64,000 nucleotides of DNA from an uncultured Verrucomicrobiae bacterium (lineage in GTDB: Bacteria; Verrucomicrobiota; Verrucomicrobiia; Chthoniobacterales; JAFAMB01). A program made the translations under genes and the position numbers. The first letter of the stretch is position 1; every line of letters starts with the position of its first letter. A model generated the notes under the pieces. It was given only the letters and a program-made list of their open reading frames with translations. It was not told the DNA's origin and did no database searches. The stretch spans positions 4,896,001 through 4,960,000 of the forward strand of contig CAWIPH010000002.1 of assembly GCA_963837955.1 (NCBI GenBank), written 5' to 3'. This document shows, in pieces, positions 44,273 to 53,415 of the stretch.

Positions 44273-46204
44273 TCAATGGTTGGCTTCGATCGGCTCAAGA
44301 ATATGCTGCGCTAGTAGTTTCTCAACGGCTGCAACCACTCTGTCGACCTTTACGCCCTCCATACATCTGAAATCGATTGGGCAAGTCCGGAGAAAACAGG
44401 GACTACATTCTACTTTGTGGCGAAGAACCTCGTGGAAACCGCCGATCGGGCCGGTTAATGCCGGTTCGGTAGAGCCAAAAATAGCTACGGTCGGGACTCC
44501 GAGGTGAGCAGCTAAATGCATGGTACCAGTGTCGTTGGTGAGCAACAGTTGACAGCGCTGCAGCTCGCGAATCAACTCCGCTAAAGAGGTCTCCCCCGCC
44601 AAGTTAGTCGCAGCAGAACCAATTTTCTGAGCCACATTCTCAGCCAATTCTCGTTCTTTGGCCGTGCCGAAAACCAGCCAACGAAGCTGGTGTTTATCCG
44701 CTAAGATTCTGGCCGCTTCACCAAAGTAGGGCCAACGCTTGGCCGGCCCGTATTCAGCCCCTGGGCACAGCCCCACGGTGCGCGGTTCCCCAGCGATCCG
44801 GGGTGTCTCCGGCAATGTTTCCTGGAGATCGGCACCTATCTGTTCGGCAATTCGCAAATAGATCTGCGCATGGTGAGCCGTTTCGGCGGGCTGTTTCGGT
44901 TCTGGAACAAACTGATTCAAAAAAAAGTCTCGCCAGGGCCTGTGATAGCCAACTCGCCGCGGAACGCCGGCAAGCCAAACTTCCAGTCCGGTGCGAGACG
45001 AGTTCGGGAACAGAATAGCGACTTCGAACCGGTTTCTAATCTTCTGCGCCACCCGCCATGCGTTTTCCCTTGGCTGGATGCCAATGATATCGTCGACCTC
45101 CGGAACGGTTCGCCAGAATTCGACCAGCTTTACTTGGGTGAGGATCGTGACGTGCGCATCCGGTCGACCACGTTTGATCCGGCGCACCGCTTCCACCGAC
45201 ATAACCGCGTCTCCCAACCAGTTACTTGAGCGGATCAACAGGCGAAATGGCTGCAAGCGCTCGTCGCCGGCTGGCAGGTAAACACCCCGTTTGTAGGTCC
45301 GCAAAAGAAACCGAGGCGAAGGAGTTTTCCATCGATTGTGTACCCAGAACCAATCCGCCGGATTTTTCTTAATCTGCGCCTCTACCTTCCGGTTCAACTC
45401 GGCCGTGGTCTCCTCGATCGAAGCACTTTCGTTGAGGCTGAGATAGCGAATTTCAATCCGCCATTTTGCTGGCCCCACCGTTTCCATTCCGCCGGCCAGC
45501 AGACGCGCATCGGTTCGCTTCGCCAAAATAGCGGGTAGTGTTGAAGTTGAAGCAAGACGACCAAATAATGGCACCCAGACACCCTTATCGCCGGCATGCT
45601 GGTCAACTAGCAGCGCCAACAAACCGCCTCGCTTTAATATCCGCACGCTGCGAGTAAGTCCCTCGCTCCGATCAATCGCTTCCATCCCGTCTCGGGATCG
45701 GCTTTGCCTGACATGCTCATCCACCAGGAGATTCCGCTGTCTTTGATAGATGACACCAAATACCAGACGATCCATCCAATGGGGCAAAGTGCTGAGTAGT
45801 TCCCAATTGCCAACGTGGGTCACGGCAGCTACGACGCATCTGGCGCGAGCGGACTCTTCGGCTGTTTCTTCGACTGTAGTGAAATCAATGAACTGCTTTA
45901 CTTCCTCCCAGGGTTTATCCCCTAAGACAAAGCCAGAGAGCAGGTTCGCCACAAGATTTTGAAAGTGAATTCGAACGCAGCGCTCCACTTGCGACGGCGT
46001 CCAATCCGGGAACGCGATCCTGACATTTCGCCTGGCCAATCGTCGGTAAGGGAATAAGAGGGCATATCCGAGAAAACCGATGGCTTGACCTCCGCGGAAA
46101 ATCCAGATGACCGGTAGCAGCGAGAGCAAGAAGCCTACCGAACGGTAAACCGCGTACACCAGATAGTCGCCGACTGTGGCTTTCTCCTTCCGGCGCTTAC
46201 TCAT
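44273..46204 (-). CDS. Fused lipid A late acyltransferase (LpxL-like) and heptosyltransferase II (WaaF-like)
   Basis: N half has HVGNWE, LVDQH, WFWVHNRWK; C half has NWLGDAVMS, CPGAEYGPAKRW, TNDTGTMHLAA. Confidence 0.9.
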   Translation of the reverse strand: MSKRRKEKATVGDYLVYAVYRSVGFLLSLLPVIWIFRGGQAIGFLGYALLFPYRRLARRNVRIAFPDWTPSQVERCVRIHFQNLVANLLSGFVLGDKPWEEVKQFIDFTTVEETAEESARARCVVAAVTHVGNWELLSTLPHWMDRLVFGVIYQRQRNLLVDEHVRQSRSRDGMEAIDRSEGLTRSVRILKRGGLLALLVDQHAGDKGVWVPLFGRLASTSTLPAILAKRTDARLLAGGMETVGPAKWRIEIRYLSLNESASIEETTAELNRKVEAQIKKNPADWFWVHNRWKTPSPRFLLRTYKRGVYLPAGDERLQPFRLLIRSSNWLGDAVMSVEAVRRIKRGRPDAHVTILTQVKLVEFWRTVPEVDDIIGIQPRENAWRVAQKIRNRFEVAILFPNSSRTGLEVWLAGVPRRVGYHRPWRDFFLNQFVPEPKQPAETAHHAQIYLRIAEQIGADLQETLPETPRIAGEPRTVGLCPGAEYGPAKRWPYFGEAARILADKHQLRWLVFGTAKERELAENVAQKIGSAATNLAGETSLAELIRELQRCQLLLTNDTGTMHLAAHLGVPTVAIFGSTEPALTGPIGGFHEVLRHKVECSPCFLRTCPIDFRCMEGVKVDRVVAAVEKLLAQHILEPIEANH

Positions 46205-46262
46205 TCTAGAGACCTGTAGTCGAAGGCCACCAACAAAGTCCAAAGCTTTTCTTTAGTAGGTC

Positions 46263-47159
46263 TCAACCGCGCGGATGAAATCGCCGATGGATAGATTTGA
46301 GCCTGCTCTGGTCCACATGGGTATAAACCTCAGTCGTGGAGATGTCGGCATGTCCAAGGAGCTCCTGGATGATGCGCAGATCGGCTCCGTTGCTAAGGAG
46401 ATGGGTAGCAAATGAATGCCTTAGCAAATGCGGATACACGTTGGTCTCGAACCCGCCTAGCTCAGCAATTTCTTTGACAATCTGCCACATCCGCTGGGTC
46501 GTCAGCCGGCGCCCGTGGCGCGCGAGGAAAATTTCGCTGCCTGTGCGCCTGCTAACTAAGGCTGGACGTTCTGCGGTCAGATAGCGGGCAATCGCTTCGC
46601 ATGCCTGCCGGCCCACCGGTATCATTCGCGTTTTGTTACCTTTTCCGGTGACCCGAATGAAGCGTTCTTCCAAATTCAAATGTTCCAATCGGGCATTCGC
46701 CAACTCGCTGATCCGCAACCCGGAGGCGTATAAGAGCTCGAGCATCGCGCGATCGCGCAACGGAAATGCGCGGCTTTTGAGGTCTATCTCCAGGAGGCGG
46801 CTAACCTCCAATTCGTTGAGCGTTTCAGGCAGATAACGGGTAAGTCGCGGGAGCACCAGCAACTCGGCGGGGTCGCCAGACACAAGTTTCCGCGCGTTTA
46901 GAAACCGGAAGAATATCTTGAGGGCGACCACGATTAGTTTGAGTGAGGCCGGCGCCAGTCCACCCCCTTTGCGTTGTCCAAGATAGCTTGTTAGATCTTC
47001 AATCTGGACCTCCTGTGGCTCGCCCTTTTTCTGCGATATCCACTCAGCAAATTCCTCCAACGATCGTCGGGTCGAAAGCTGATAATTCTCCGAAAGCCCA
47101 CGCTCAGTAGCCAGGTACAGGATGAACTGATCAATCGCTTCCGGAAATGTGATGCCCAA
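46263..47159 (-). CDS. xerD: Tyrosine recombinase XerD
   Basis: RDRAMLELLYASGLRISEL, GKGNKTR, HLLRHSFATHLL, LLGHADISTTEVYTHV. Confidence 0.88.
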   Translation of the reverse strand: MGITFPEAIDQFILYLATERGLSENYQLSTRRSLEEFAEWISQKKGEPQEVQIEDLTSYLGQRKGGGLAPASLKLIVVALKIFFRFLNARKLVSGDPAELLVLPRLTRYLPETLNELEVSRLLEIDLKSRAFPLRDRAMLELLYASGLRISELANARLEHLNLEERFIRVTGKGNKTRMIPVGRQACEAIARYLTAERPALVSRRTGSEIFLARHGRRLTTQRMWQIVKEIAELGGFETNVYPHLLRHSFATHLLSNGADLRIIQELLGHADISTTEVYTHVDQSRLKSIHRRFHPRG

Positions 47160-47202
47160 CAGGCGTGATTATAGAGGCCGTGTGAGTGTTTGGCTAGCGC
47201 TC

Positions 47203-47265
47203 GGTAGGCACGCGCTGCCGCGCGTCCGTAGTCGTCTCAGCAATGAACGCGCTGCAAGCGCTCCC
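47203..47265. repeat. REP-like palindrome pair (GTAG type)
   Basis: GGTAG-GCACGCGCTGCCGCGCGTCC and a degenerate inverted partner GAACGCGCTGCAAGCGCTCCC. Confidence 0.45.
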
Positions 47266-47345
47266 GGCGACCTCGTAGTCGGCACGCACCCAAATTCCAA
47301 CTTGAGATCTTGGGAAAACCGTTCACTCTTACAGACGCTCAAATC

Positions 47346-47419
47346 GCGGGCATAGCTTAATGGTAAAGCTCCAGCCTTCCAAGCTGGCTATGAGGGTTCG
47401 ATTCCCTTTGCCCGCTCCA
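47346..47419 (+). tRNA. tRNA-Gly(TCC)
   Basis: GCGGGCA acceptor pairs with TGCCCGC, anticodon arm CCAGC-CTTCCAA-GCTGG, GGTTCGATTCC, encoded CCA. Confidence 0.97.
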
Positions 47420-47534
47420 AATGCTTCAAACTCACTAACGGGAGATTCTTAGGCCCGTATTTACTATAATTTCTATTAAACTTCGACGGAACGCGGCCGA
47501 TTAAATAGTCGGTTACAAACCTGAGTACAGACTT

Positions 47535-47945
47535 ATGAGTCAGATATACCGCGTAGAGGTTCCCGCCCGCGGCAGGTCCGGTTCCTCGCAAGGCCTGCCA
47601 CGATTCGTAGTGATGGTCGAAATTCCTGACCACGCCATCTCCGAATCGGAAGATCCCGGATCACCCCAGTTGCAGCTGAAAGCTCTCGGAACCGCCATGA
47701 ATGCCACCTGGAACCAACGAGTGAGGTACCGGAACTTCCAATTCTCATCTTGGTCCAGTTCGGTAGCGGTGGAGGCCAATCCTGCCGACTATGGAGCAGC
47801 CAGCTTTAGGGACAGGGAGGGTTATCGCGCATGGATACTAGAGTCACCTTTAGTGGCAAGACCCGCCAATCGAGAAGATGGTTTCGTTAGCAACGCGACT
47901 GCGGGTGAAAAGACACGCTCCCTTGGCGGCCGCTTAGCATTATGA
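47535..47945 (+). CDS. Hypothetical protein
   Basis: 136-aa ORF after an AT-rich promoter-like stretch; no recognised domain. Confidence 0.55.
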   Translation: MSQIYRVEVPARGRSGSSQGLPRFVVMVEIPDHAISESEDPGSPQLQLKALGTAMNATWNQRVRYRNFQFSSWSSSVAVEANPADYGAASFRDREGYRAWILESPLVARPANREDGFVSNATAGEKTRSLGGRLAL

Positions 47946-48139
47946 TTGAACCGAATTGGGGGGGACCAGCGGCGGTCGATCTTTATGCCTCATGCTGCGA
48001 TCTCGTGGACAGCGTGCTGGCAAGAGAGATCAGCCCAGAAGATGCCAGTCGGCGGCTAAGGGAATTGAAGAAACGCCTCATTGCGGAGAGCGCTCAAAAC
48101 TCTTCGGGCACAATTGGCGCTTTTACATGCCAGCCTTGA
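47942..48139 (+). CDS. Small hypothetical protein
   Basis: ATGA overlap with the upstream ORF; amphipathic helical composition. Confidence 0.4.
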   Translation: MIEPNWGGPAAVDLYASCCDLVDSVLAREISPEDASRRLRELKKRLIAESAQNSSGTIGAFTCQP

Positions 48140-48172
48140 TAGCCCTGCTTTCGTTCTGGGGAGCGTTGTTTT

Positions 48173-48280
48173 CGTGTCGGCGGTTCGATTCCGCCACTAC
48201 CTATTGTCCTTCCAAATCAACGACTTACGCCGGAAAAAGAGGCGAGCAGGCGCTAATCCCATAACAGATTCCATAACGGA
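48173..48280 (+). mobile_element. att-like relic: tRNA 3' fragment, IHF site and arm-type direct repeats
   Basis: CGTGTC-GGCGG-TTCGATT-CCGCC T-arm; AATCAA-cgac-TTA (48215-48227); CCATAAC twice at 12-bp spacing. Confidence 0.55.
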
Positions 48281-48360
48281 ATTTTCGGGACAGCTCTGAC
48301 CATCTTGTCACATTGGTATCAGCACCAGCACGGCGAAATCTACGAGGTCGTATAAGGCGT

Positions 48361-48669
48361 TCAAATCACCCAAACGGTGATTCCATCGTGCTCGTCTTGA
48401 GGCCTGAGACCCTTGATTTCGGGCGGATCAACGTACTGGAACCGACTTCTGGTTAGCTGGTATTCGCCGAGATTTTTAGTCGCGAGGATATTTGTTACCG
48501 CCACCTGTTCCGCGAGGTGTCGGACAATCGCGTTATCTTGAGAATCCTGGTCCCCTATTTTGGTTCGATATGCCCGGATGCGCGCGGCCGGAACTTTAGC
48601 AAACGCCGTGTGCTCTTCGCGAGTTGAAGAAAATATAGTAACCTTAAGGTAAACGTCTGCTGAGGGCAT
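48361..48669 (-). CDS. Hypothetical protein
   Basis: 102-aa ORF with globular alpha/beta-like composition; no recognised domain. Confidence 0.6.
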   Translation of the reverse strand: MPSADVYLKVTIFSSTREEHTAFAKVPAARIRAYRTKIGDQDSQDNAIVRHLAEQVAVTNILATKNLGEYQLTRSRFQYVDPPEIKGLRPQDEHDGITVWVI

Positions 48670-48861
48670 GAGTTCGAGAATACCACATCACGGGTCCGAT
48701 GAACGGCTAATAGCCCGATTTTAGTCGCCCGCTTGCTGACGGGCGCGGCTTGGAATCGCGATTGGTTGTTTGGAGGTGCTTATCGAGCCGCGAGGTATGG
48801 GAGAGGGTGCCAGACGGCATTCTTCAGCAGCCTGATCGAGAAACCAATCCTTCTTGCGAAT

Positions 48862-49585
48862 CTATTCAGGCCCGAAGGCGATTCCGTAGGATTGGTTCCG
48901 GAGCGGAATCTCTTTGATCACCGCGCCAGTAGCGACATCGATCACCGACGCGGAGGTAGCGCGTAAGTCCGTGGCCCACAGCTGGCTGGCGTCGGGCGTG
49001 ATTGTTAGCGAACCGGGGGCTTGCCCGGCCGGGATCATCTTGACGAGTTTTGTGTGTGGTTACGTCGACTTCGAAGATACCCGCGGTAGTGCTATCGGTA
49101 GCGAACACTTTCGTGCCGTCCGGCGCAACCGCCCCCCGTACTCGAGGAAGAGCTGGCTGCCGCTGTTGATGGCTCCCACAGGCACGCTGGCGGCCACGCC
49201 TGTGCTACTGAGCGCCACCAAGTTGGACGTACCGGAGCTTGGACTCAGCAGCGTGCTCCCGTCCGGGCTGATCGCCATCCCGCCAACCGACGCAATCGTA
49301 TCAATCAGCGCCACAGTCTGGCGAGTCGCGACGTTCATGACTGCGATTTCCGGCCCATTCACTGGCACATATGCTGTGGTTGAATCCGGCGAAAACAGAA
49401 TTGCACCGGGCGATTGACTTGCCGGTAGCGTGATTGTGCTGGTCCCAAAAGTACTGGTCGAAATCACGACGATGATCGAAGCGACGCCGTTATGCAGCGG
49501 GAATTCTCCAAGCCAGGCTTGTGACCCGTCGGGAGTGATCTTGATGAAGCCCGCGGAAACCTTGGAGGTAGCGGAATGGTTTCGA
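48862..49585 (-). pseudogene. YVTN/YncE beta-propeller gene remnant
   Basis: Blade motifs (ITPDGSQAW, FSPDSTTAYV, ISPDGSTL, ITPDASQLW...YGIAFGPE-stop) spread over several frames; no intact 5' end. Confidence 0.75.
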
Positions 49586-49678
49586 CCGCCGCGTAGGAGG
49601 CAACTTGACTATCGAAGTGCCGGTCGAGGTCGAGTCTTTCACGATTTCTCCAAACCCTCCAACACTCCCCTGCTCGCC

Positions 49679-52051
49679 TCACGCGATCGCAATCTTCTCG
49701 CGAGCTAAGGCATCATTCACTGCTACCGCAAGATCACTTCGCAACTGAGCCCACTCCCGAGACCGATCCGTCCAAACCCGAAGTTGGAAGGTTATCGCAC
49801 CAGCGGTGAAGTTAACTATATACACCTGCGGCGCTGGTTGCTTGGCTACATCAGGATGACCGGCGGCAACACTTTTCAATAATTCGACCACGCGTTGGGT
49901 ATCCGCGCCTCCGACCACGTTGACGGAGACTTCGACCGCTCGCTGTTGGTCCGAAAAAGTCCAATTCGTGACTTGACTCGAGATGAGCGAGCCGTTCGGT
50001 ACGATGACTTCAGAACCGTCTGAGGTACGAATCACGCTTGCCCGGATACCGATGCGGCGGACCTCTCCTACATTGCCGCTAACCTCAATAACGTCGCCAA
50101 TTTTGATCGGACGTTCAAAAAGTAGAATCAAGCCGGACACAAAGTTATTGATGACATTTTGTAGTCCGAATCCGATCCCCACGCTCAGGGCCCCGGCTAG
50201 GATGGTGATCTTGGTCAGATCAATGCCAAGTGCTGCCAAGGAGATCACGAGTCCCATCAACAAGATGGCGTAGTGAAGCATTGTTGAGATGGCATACGGG
50301 ACGCCGGGTGGGAGACGGAAATGATGATAGACATCTTCTTCCAGCAGAAAACGCAGGAATCTCGAAACCAGAAAGGAAGCCCACACGGCGAGTAAGAATC
50401 CTAGGATTCGGCCCACAGAGATATTGACAGAGCCGATTCCAAGGTTTGCGTTCAGAGCGGTCTTCACAATTGCGCTGAGCGGAGTTACAAAACCAAAATA
50501 GTTCAGTAGGAGATACAGCCAGAACAAGAAGGCAAGAAACCCCACTACCCGGCAAGTTCGCCGACTAAGCATCGGGCGATGTAGAGTAATGACCCGCAAC
50601 GAGCCAAGTGGTCGGACATGCAAGGCAATAACGATTAGTCCTTCGATGATCCGAATCGCAGCGTAGAGCACGGCTGCGATGTTGACGCTTCTGAGAAACG
50701 TGACTCCCACCAAGTTGCCCAAGTTGACGTATCCGAAAATATCTGCGAGGAACGCCGCCGGCAAAAGAATCAACCCAATTTTGGCAATCAGTCGCACTGC
50801 TTGCAAAAAACGGTCGTCGGTCCCGGCAGCCGTTGTCTTTAGATGCCGGCTACGAAGGAGCCAGACAAGAAAGAGAGACGCGCCCAGCATTTGCCCGAGA
50901 AATATGAGCCTGGCCAACTCCGGTAGAGAGGCCACTAGTACTCGGAGCTGACCCACGAAATACAGGATGACGAGCGCGTTGAGAATAGGATACAAATGTC
51001 GTTCCAGGAGCCGTCGAAGAACGATTATGGTCGGAACTAACGCTACGGTGACAATGATTGCCTGAATCAAGCTCGGAGCGAGCGCAAGGATTGACGGGCT
51101 GATGACGAAAGCAAGCACGAAAGCGGTTGAAACGGGGAGATCGAGGATCGGCATCGCACCCTGCAGATCTGGCTTTTCATCCGCTATTTTTCGTATTCTG
51201 CGCCGCATCCAGTGAAGTGCGATGGCGGTCACTAGAATGAGAACGGCATGGGTCAGGAAGGCAAAAGGGACCCGTTTGGTGAATGCCGTTGATGCTTTCA
51301 GTTGCGAAGAAAACGACTCGCTACTTCGCTGCATCATCTCGCTGCCCAGGCCGGTCTCAGCGCTCCAGATGGGCGGACTATCTCTTACCAGCAGACTTTC
51401 CAATTCCTGCTTTTGTACCTGGACGACCGAAGACAGAGCTCTTCGCACCCGGGCTTCCTGCTCGGAAACGCGGCTCTGCAAGGTCAAAACCTGGGCGCGG
51501 CCGGCTTCGGCCGCGTGTCGCGTCCGCTCAATGGAGTCGACTACGTTTTGCCCGCTCTGGAAGACCGGGGGAGACGTGTCGGGCTGTTTCGCTGATTGGA
51601 GCGTTGCCTGCCAGGTCTGGGTCATCTGATCCAGATGGGCAAGTTCCTCTTCCAGACTTGTGGCACGCTGGGCCAGCTTTCCGGCTAGCGCCGATAAATC
51701 ATCGGCAAAGCTTTGCCAAGTACTCCTTAACCGATGAAGCATGTCGAGGGACGGACTCGCTTTTAGCAGCCTCATGTCTTCCGCTATCCTGGCATCGATT
51801 TCACTCGTCAGATCCGACAGGCTGGCCACGATGACACCCGCGCTCGACTGGCCCTCCGCCAAACTTGTGTCGACCTCCTGTAAAGACGCGATCGCGGACT
51901 GCGACTCTACGGCGACTATGGTTAGCGGGATGGGTGTGGGGGACAGATTCGGTTTCTCCGGCGAGGCAGAAGCTTGCTCGCCTTGTGCCACGCCAACGCT
52001 CGAAATCAAAGCTAGGCTGAGAACTAAAGCGAGTCGCCTTCGGGAGGTCAC
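49679..52051 (-). CDS. Mechanosensitive channel, MscS family (MscK-like, large N-terminal region)
   Basis: GIGFGLQNVINNFVSGLILLFERPIKIGD, IVPNGSL; GTG 52051 inferred as the start before a signal peptide. Confidence 0.9.
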   Translation of the reverse strand: MTSRRRLALVLSLALISSVGVAQGEQASASPEKPNLSPTPIPLTIVAVESQSAIASLQEVDTSLAEGQSSAGVIVASLSDLTSEIDARIAEDMRLLKASPSLDMLHRLRSTWQSFADDLSALAGKLAQRATSLEEELAHLDQMTQTWQATLQSAKQPDTSPPVFQSGQNVVDSIERTRHAAEAGRAQVLTLQSRVSEQEARVRRALSSVVQVQKQELESLLVRDSPPIWSAETGLGSEMMQRSSESFSSQLKASTAFTKRVPFAFLTHAVLILVTAIALHWMRRRIRKIADEKPDLQGAMPILDLPVSTAFVLAFVISPSILALAPSLIQAIIVTVALVPTIIVLRRLLERHLYPILNALVILYFVGQLRVLVASLPELARLIFLGQMLGASLFLVWLLRSRHLKTTAAGTDDRFLQAVRLIAKIGLILLPAAFLADIFGYVNLGNLVGVTFLRSVNIAAVLYAAIRIIEGLIVIALHVRPLGSLRVITLHRPMLSRRTCRVVGFLAFLFWLYLLLNYFGFVTPLSAIVKTALNANLGIGSVNISVGRILGFLLAVWASFLVSRFLRFLLEEDVYHHFRLPPGVPYAISTMLHYAILLMGLVISLAALGIDLTKITILAGALSVGIGFGLQNVINNFVSGLILLFERPIKIGDVIEVSGNVGEVRRIGIRASVIRTSDGSEVIVPNGSLISSQVTNWTFSDQQRAVEVSVNVVGGADTQRVVELLKSVAAGHPDVAKQPAPQVYIVNFTAGAITFQLRVWTDRSREWAQLRSDLAVAVNDALAREKIAIA

Positions 52052-52347
52052 GGGTTTATTAAATAGAATTGTCTCCCACTCGCCTCCCAAACTCAATGAA
52101 GTAGACCTAAAGTAGCTCCACGCGTCGCCATTGTCGCGGTAATCTCGCGTACCATACCGCATGCGCCCGGTATCGACCCCGCTTCCTATTTCCTTTCTAT
52201 GGTTAGTCCGTTGGAAAGGGTTGGTTTTAGCTAGGGGCAGGTACTGATCGGCCGTTTTGCTCAAATAGAAACGACGATAACAGGGATTTAGTGGTTAGAG
52301 ATGCAACATCAAACCGGTCTGAAAAGGGCCGGCTTCATCAGAGTTCC

Positions 52348-53415
52348 TTATTTGCGATCTCCTACAGTTTCACTGGCTTGGACCGCAGGGGCTGGCTCTG
52401 GCGGCGCCCCCTTCACGTCGACCCGAGCTTCGCGAGCTCTTCGGCGAGCGCCCAGGATCTGGTCAAGACTCACGGCGATCATTATGACTCCGCCCATCAC
52501 AACGAATTCCAACGAGCTATCAATACCTTGGAGATTCACAATATTGCGCAGTAATTGAATCATGGCCGTCCCAATAAAAATACCGAGGATGCTGCCTTCA
52601 CCTCCACGTAGGCTGCAACCGCCCAGCACGCATGCGGCAACCGCGTAGAGTTCGAAAAAATTTCCGTGGCTAGCCGGCGAAATTGAGTTCGTATAAAAGC
52701 CGATAAGGATTGCGGAAATCCCTGTCAGCGACGCGCAGAGCACATAGGCGCTTGTCACGACGAGCTTCGTGTTGATTCCGGAGTAAAGGGCCGCCTCCTC
52801 GTTCCGCCCGATCGCATAGAGATATCGGCCATAAACCGAGCCATGCAGCACAATTCCCATGACAATGCACACGACGAGAAAAAGGATGAAAGGCGCCGGC
52901 AGATTAAAGATGCTTCCGGTTGCCAGCGTCCGGAGGAGCTCAAAACCGGTGTTGCTGCCAAACCCGACCGTCTGGTCCGACGAAATAAACCGGGCGAGCC
53001 CTCGATAAGCAAGCAGGCCGCACAAGGTCACAACGAAAGGCTGGAGACGCGCCCGGGAAACCAGGAGTCCGTGAAAGAGACCGATCACCATCGCGAGCAG
53101 AATGATGATAGCTACCGCCAGCGGCCATGGAATGTTATCCGGCCCGACGAGGTATGCTAGAATGACACCCAGCAATGCGAACATTGAACCAACCGAGAGA
53201 TCGATTCCGCCGGTAATGATCACAGTGCCCATCGCAACGCTGAAGATGCCAAATAGTCCGATCGATCTCGTCAGGTTCAAAAGGTTTGCCTGACCAAGAA
53301 AAACCGGGTTCGCAAAGGTCGCTGCCAACCCTCTCTGAGATGCTTCCAACAAAGCGTAGCCGAGGAAGAGCCCCAGGAAGATGACAACCATTCCAAGTTC
53401 TTTCTTTTGCCTCAC
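52348..53415 (-). CDS. Monosaccharide ABC transporter permease (RbsC-like)
   Basis: IITGGIDLSVGS, GRYLYAIGRNEEAA, VLGGCSLRGGEG. Confidence 0.93.
   Translation of the reverse strand: MRQKKELGMVVIFLGLFLGYALLEASQRGLAATFANPVFLGQANLLNLTRSIGLFGIFSVAMGTVIITGGIDLSVGSMFALLGVILAYLVGPDNIPWPLAVAIIILLAMVIGLFHGLLVSRARLQPFVVTLCGLLAYRGLARFISSDQTVGFGSNTGFELLRTLATGSIFNLPAPFILFLVVCIVMGIVLHGSVYGRYLYAIGRNEEAALYSGINTKLVVTSAYVLCASLTGISAILIGFYTNSISPASHGNFFELYAVAACVLGGCSLRGGEGSILGIFIGTAMIQLLRNIVNLQGIDSSLEFVVMGGVIMIAVSLDQILGARRRAREARVDVKGAPPEPAPAVQASETVGDRK

Noticed and set aside
46263..47159. Tyrosine recombinase next to a tRNA as an island integrase
   Set aside because: Its size and motifs fit housekeeping XerD. 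It lies on the 5' side of the tRNA, divergent from it, and is co-oriented with core LPS genes.
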